DNA of 62,231 nucleotides, filler included, from Asterionella formosa (Eukaryota), in the NCBI GenBank assembly GCA_002256025.1. It is 14 parts of 14 records of this genome, joined end to end, with 100 filler letters (N's around TTAATTAATTAA, not from the genome) between each part and the next. Parts side by side here need not be neighbours in the genome. Positions count along the whole stretch, not along the records: positions 57,891 to 62,231 come from NKIB01013584.1; 13 more parts are not named here. One strand, 5' to 3'. Position numbers and translations under genes: made by a program. This document shows, piece by piece, positions 59,700 through 62,231 of the stretch. Within the stretch, counting starts at the first letter, position 1. The number at the start of each line of letters is the position of its first letter. The notes under the pieces are model-generated. The model saw only the letters and a program-made list of their open reading frames with translations. It was not told where the DNA came from and did not search any database.

Positions 59700-61410
59700 G
59701 GTGTTGCTTGCTTCAGTGACAAAAACAACAATGGGATGATGAGGAAGGCGATGATTATTTTAGTGATGGATTTTACTGGATGTTGTAAATGGAAGCAGCC
59801 TGAGAATCACTTGGTCTTTCTGATCAATGCAGGCAAGTTTCCTGATTTCAAGCATAGGGGTCACACAGCTTCTGCATGGAAGACCACCCACTAACGACCT
59901 TTTTCTGATAATTATTGAGTAACAGCTCTGCTGGCATGGCAACATAGAATCTGCTTGCCAACTCCAAATGAACTATCCAAATGAGGGGTTCAGTGTTCTG
60001 AAAGCCCATTTTAGCTATGTGTAATGTCAATGAGACTGGTATGATGGTAAATCTTGGGTTGATAAAGGGGGGAGATGGGAGACTTGTCAAAAGAAAACAA
60101 GAAAAGAATACTGATGATTATCTGGACTCAATTCAAATTCTTAGAATCAGCAATGCAGCGGGTTCCAGTGGTCCATTGATCTTTCATCTGGCGAGAGAAA
60201 GACATTTAAACCTCTTCAAAATCTTGAGGCTAATTTTGGAGCACCCAGTGGATCTAAAGTTATAATGTCCCAATCAGCCAGCATACATGACTGTTGAGAC
60301 CTGGATAACAGTAATTCCTTGCCTTGAAGCAACCCGACTGGTGGGTTCTAGTTCGCACTCTTGATTGCTTTGGTATTCATGTAAATGTTACAATAGCACT
60401 AAAAATATTTCATTAACATAAAGCATTTCTGGTCAAGATACTAGAGGAGGGTGACACAGGTGCAGTCAATCAACCCTATAACCAATCTGTTGCTTGAGCT
60501 GACAAGGAAAACAAAGGTGGATTGCTTGACAAAATCCGGTTCAAGCTTAGAATCATAGACCAGTGGGATCTTATATGGATTTGCTTTAATGCATTGAAGA
60601 ACAAAGATGCATGGATCTCCTCCTTCAAAAGGGTCAACCTTCACCCAGACTACAGGGTAGATTTTGTTGAGTGGCTTGACAGAATTGATGAATCTCTTCA
60701 ATGTTCACTTTTTAAATGAACTTGGTAGTGCGCAAAGCACAACAAGGAGCCTTTTGATGCTATGCCTGTACTGTGGAACAATCTCATCTGCAAAGATCAA
60801 CATGTACTGGTAAATACAATTGACCAATTTCCAGTCAATGTTGACCCTGGATCTCCAAGAATATGAAACAAGGCAAATGTCCGTTCCCTTCTTAAATATG
60901 GATCACTGAAAGATGTGCCCAAAATGCGTGCTTCCTATATGCAGCGAAACATGAACCCAGTGTCTTTATCGCTGACAAACGACAAACAGGCACTCCTGGA
61001 GAACCAACACTAGCAACAGAATCACGGTGAGCTGCAACCAACATAATCTGCTTAGATTCATTTGAATGCGCTTCTTGGAAACCCGAAAGATGGTGAAAAA
61101 TGCACACTGAAGACCGAAAACTGAAATGTACTGCAGAAAATTTGGTTCGATCACATGACAAATTTTGTCAGCCGGCAACACTGGAATAAGCTAGAAAGGA
61201 ATCTGGAGCCATCAGCATTCCTTGATGTATCTATTAGTGGAGACTAACTTTCACTGCTACAACCATGGTTCTGTAATTTTCGATGCAATTGGTGTTGGAG
61301 CAAAGAAGAAGATTGCAAAGTGGAGAATCAATATGTTGGAGGGCAATGTGGCCAGCTACTCTTGGGTATTTAAGTCAGCAATCCAAATGGAAAAAGATGT
61401 ATGAAGTCAT
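59700..61410 (+). mobile_element. Decayed DDE (pogo/CENP-B-like) transposase remnant
   Basis: Fragments SIQILRISNAAGSSGPLIF, AYMTVETW, FGIHVN, EEGDTGAVNQPY and AWISSFKRVNLHP across many stops and frameshifts. Confidence 0.5.
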
Positions 61411-61417
61411 GTCTATT

Positions 61418-61690
61418 CATCTAAGACGCCGTTTACGGCACTTTTTCGAATTTATGTCTAAAGTGACTTATTTATGCTACTTTTCTAAAATATTATGCTA
61501 CTTTTTCCGGAATTTATTTGGGTCAAACCAGAATTTATGTGATCTAAAACAAAATTTATTTCACTTATCGCATAATTATGTGATCAAACCAATAATTATG
61601 TGTGTTTGCAAAAATATTCACTGACCAACTAGCCGTTGCTACAGTATGATGGGAAAATTATGCTACTTCGCAGCAATATTACGCTGGTTT
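61418..61690 (+). repeat. Family B-related terminus (CATCTAAGACGC) with subterminal TTATGCTACTT / TTATGTGATC repeats
   Basis: The first ~35 nt resemble 17308 onward, followed by short iterated motifs typical of DNA-transposon ends. Confidence 0.55.
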
Positions 61691-62231
61691 CACCAAATAA
61701 ATAAATTAAGAGTCCCCAATATAGATTCAATTATTATTTTTTCTGCTTTCAAATTTTTTTTTGTATCAACTGCCAAAGAATAATACATTGCTTTGTCGGC
61801 ACTGATACCTGCATTAACGACTACACATATTGCCGGTACAATCAATAAATCAATTCTCACTTGATAAAGATCGATTTTCACATCTTTAGCTTCAACTCAT
61901 CATGCTATTGTTATAGCCGTAGTATTATTCATTTTTCAGCTACTGTGAAAGAGTCGAATTCCTTAGAAAGATTGTCATCTTCAATTGTGCATTTCTAAAT
62001 TAGCTACATAAAAATGGCGGCATCGGCGACTTTAATTTTCATCGTCAATTTTAGTGTTATTACAGTTATTCTTTTACGATTGTATTGTCTATGTTTTGCT
62101 TGACATATGTATCGAATAGGAAAGCGTCGCTCTCAGTTTTCGTAGAGATTTCCGCTATTTTCGTCATGGTCAAGGCTCAAACGACATGCTGCAGGATGCT
62201 CCAGCCGATCATGACGACTACACTGCAGTGT

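Overview
This is not one continuous locus. It is 14 short eukaryotic contigs (about 4.34-4.37 kb each, in near-descending length order) joined by artificial 100-nt spacers (N44-TTAATTAATTAA-N44), so gene neighbourhoods are only meaningful within a contig. The organism is most likely a diatom (inference): there are ASAFAP-like bipartite plastid presequences, 77-91 nt GT-AG introns and diatom-type copia/gypsy elements. Recognisable genes: an MFSD6-like transporter, a DUF924-TilS fusion, plastid RbfA head-to-head with a plastid-targeted NarL/Ycf29-like response regulator, a Popeye/cNMP membrane protein, a secreted Gly/Asp/Asn/Met repeat protein, pdxK, NOSIP head-to-head with cactin, an AP2-like/NUMOD1/RING protein and nadC. 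Accessory content: a family of ARM-repeat (plus or minus LRR) proteins with a shared Cys/His N-terminal module and hypervariable groove codons, Crinkler-like NTPase-REase pseudogenes, copia, gypsy, LINE and DDE remnants, and several non-autonomous repeats. Most striking are (1) a ~240-nt rod-like hairpin with five periodic CGAG/CGAG tandem G.A loops, (2) tRNA-derived SINEs with 17-18 bp target-site duplications, and (3) strong intergenic enrichment of TACCGGTA/GGTACCAGG motifs, which also flank two gypsy LTR ends. All calls were made by eye, without database searches.
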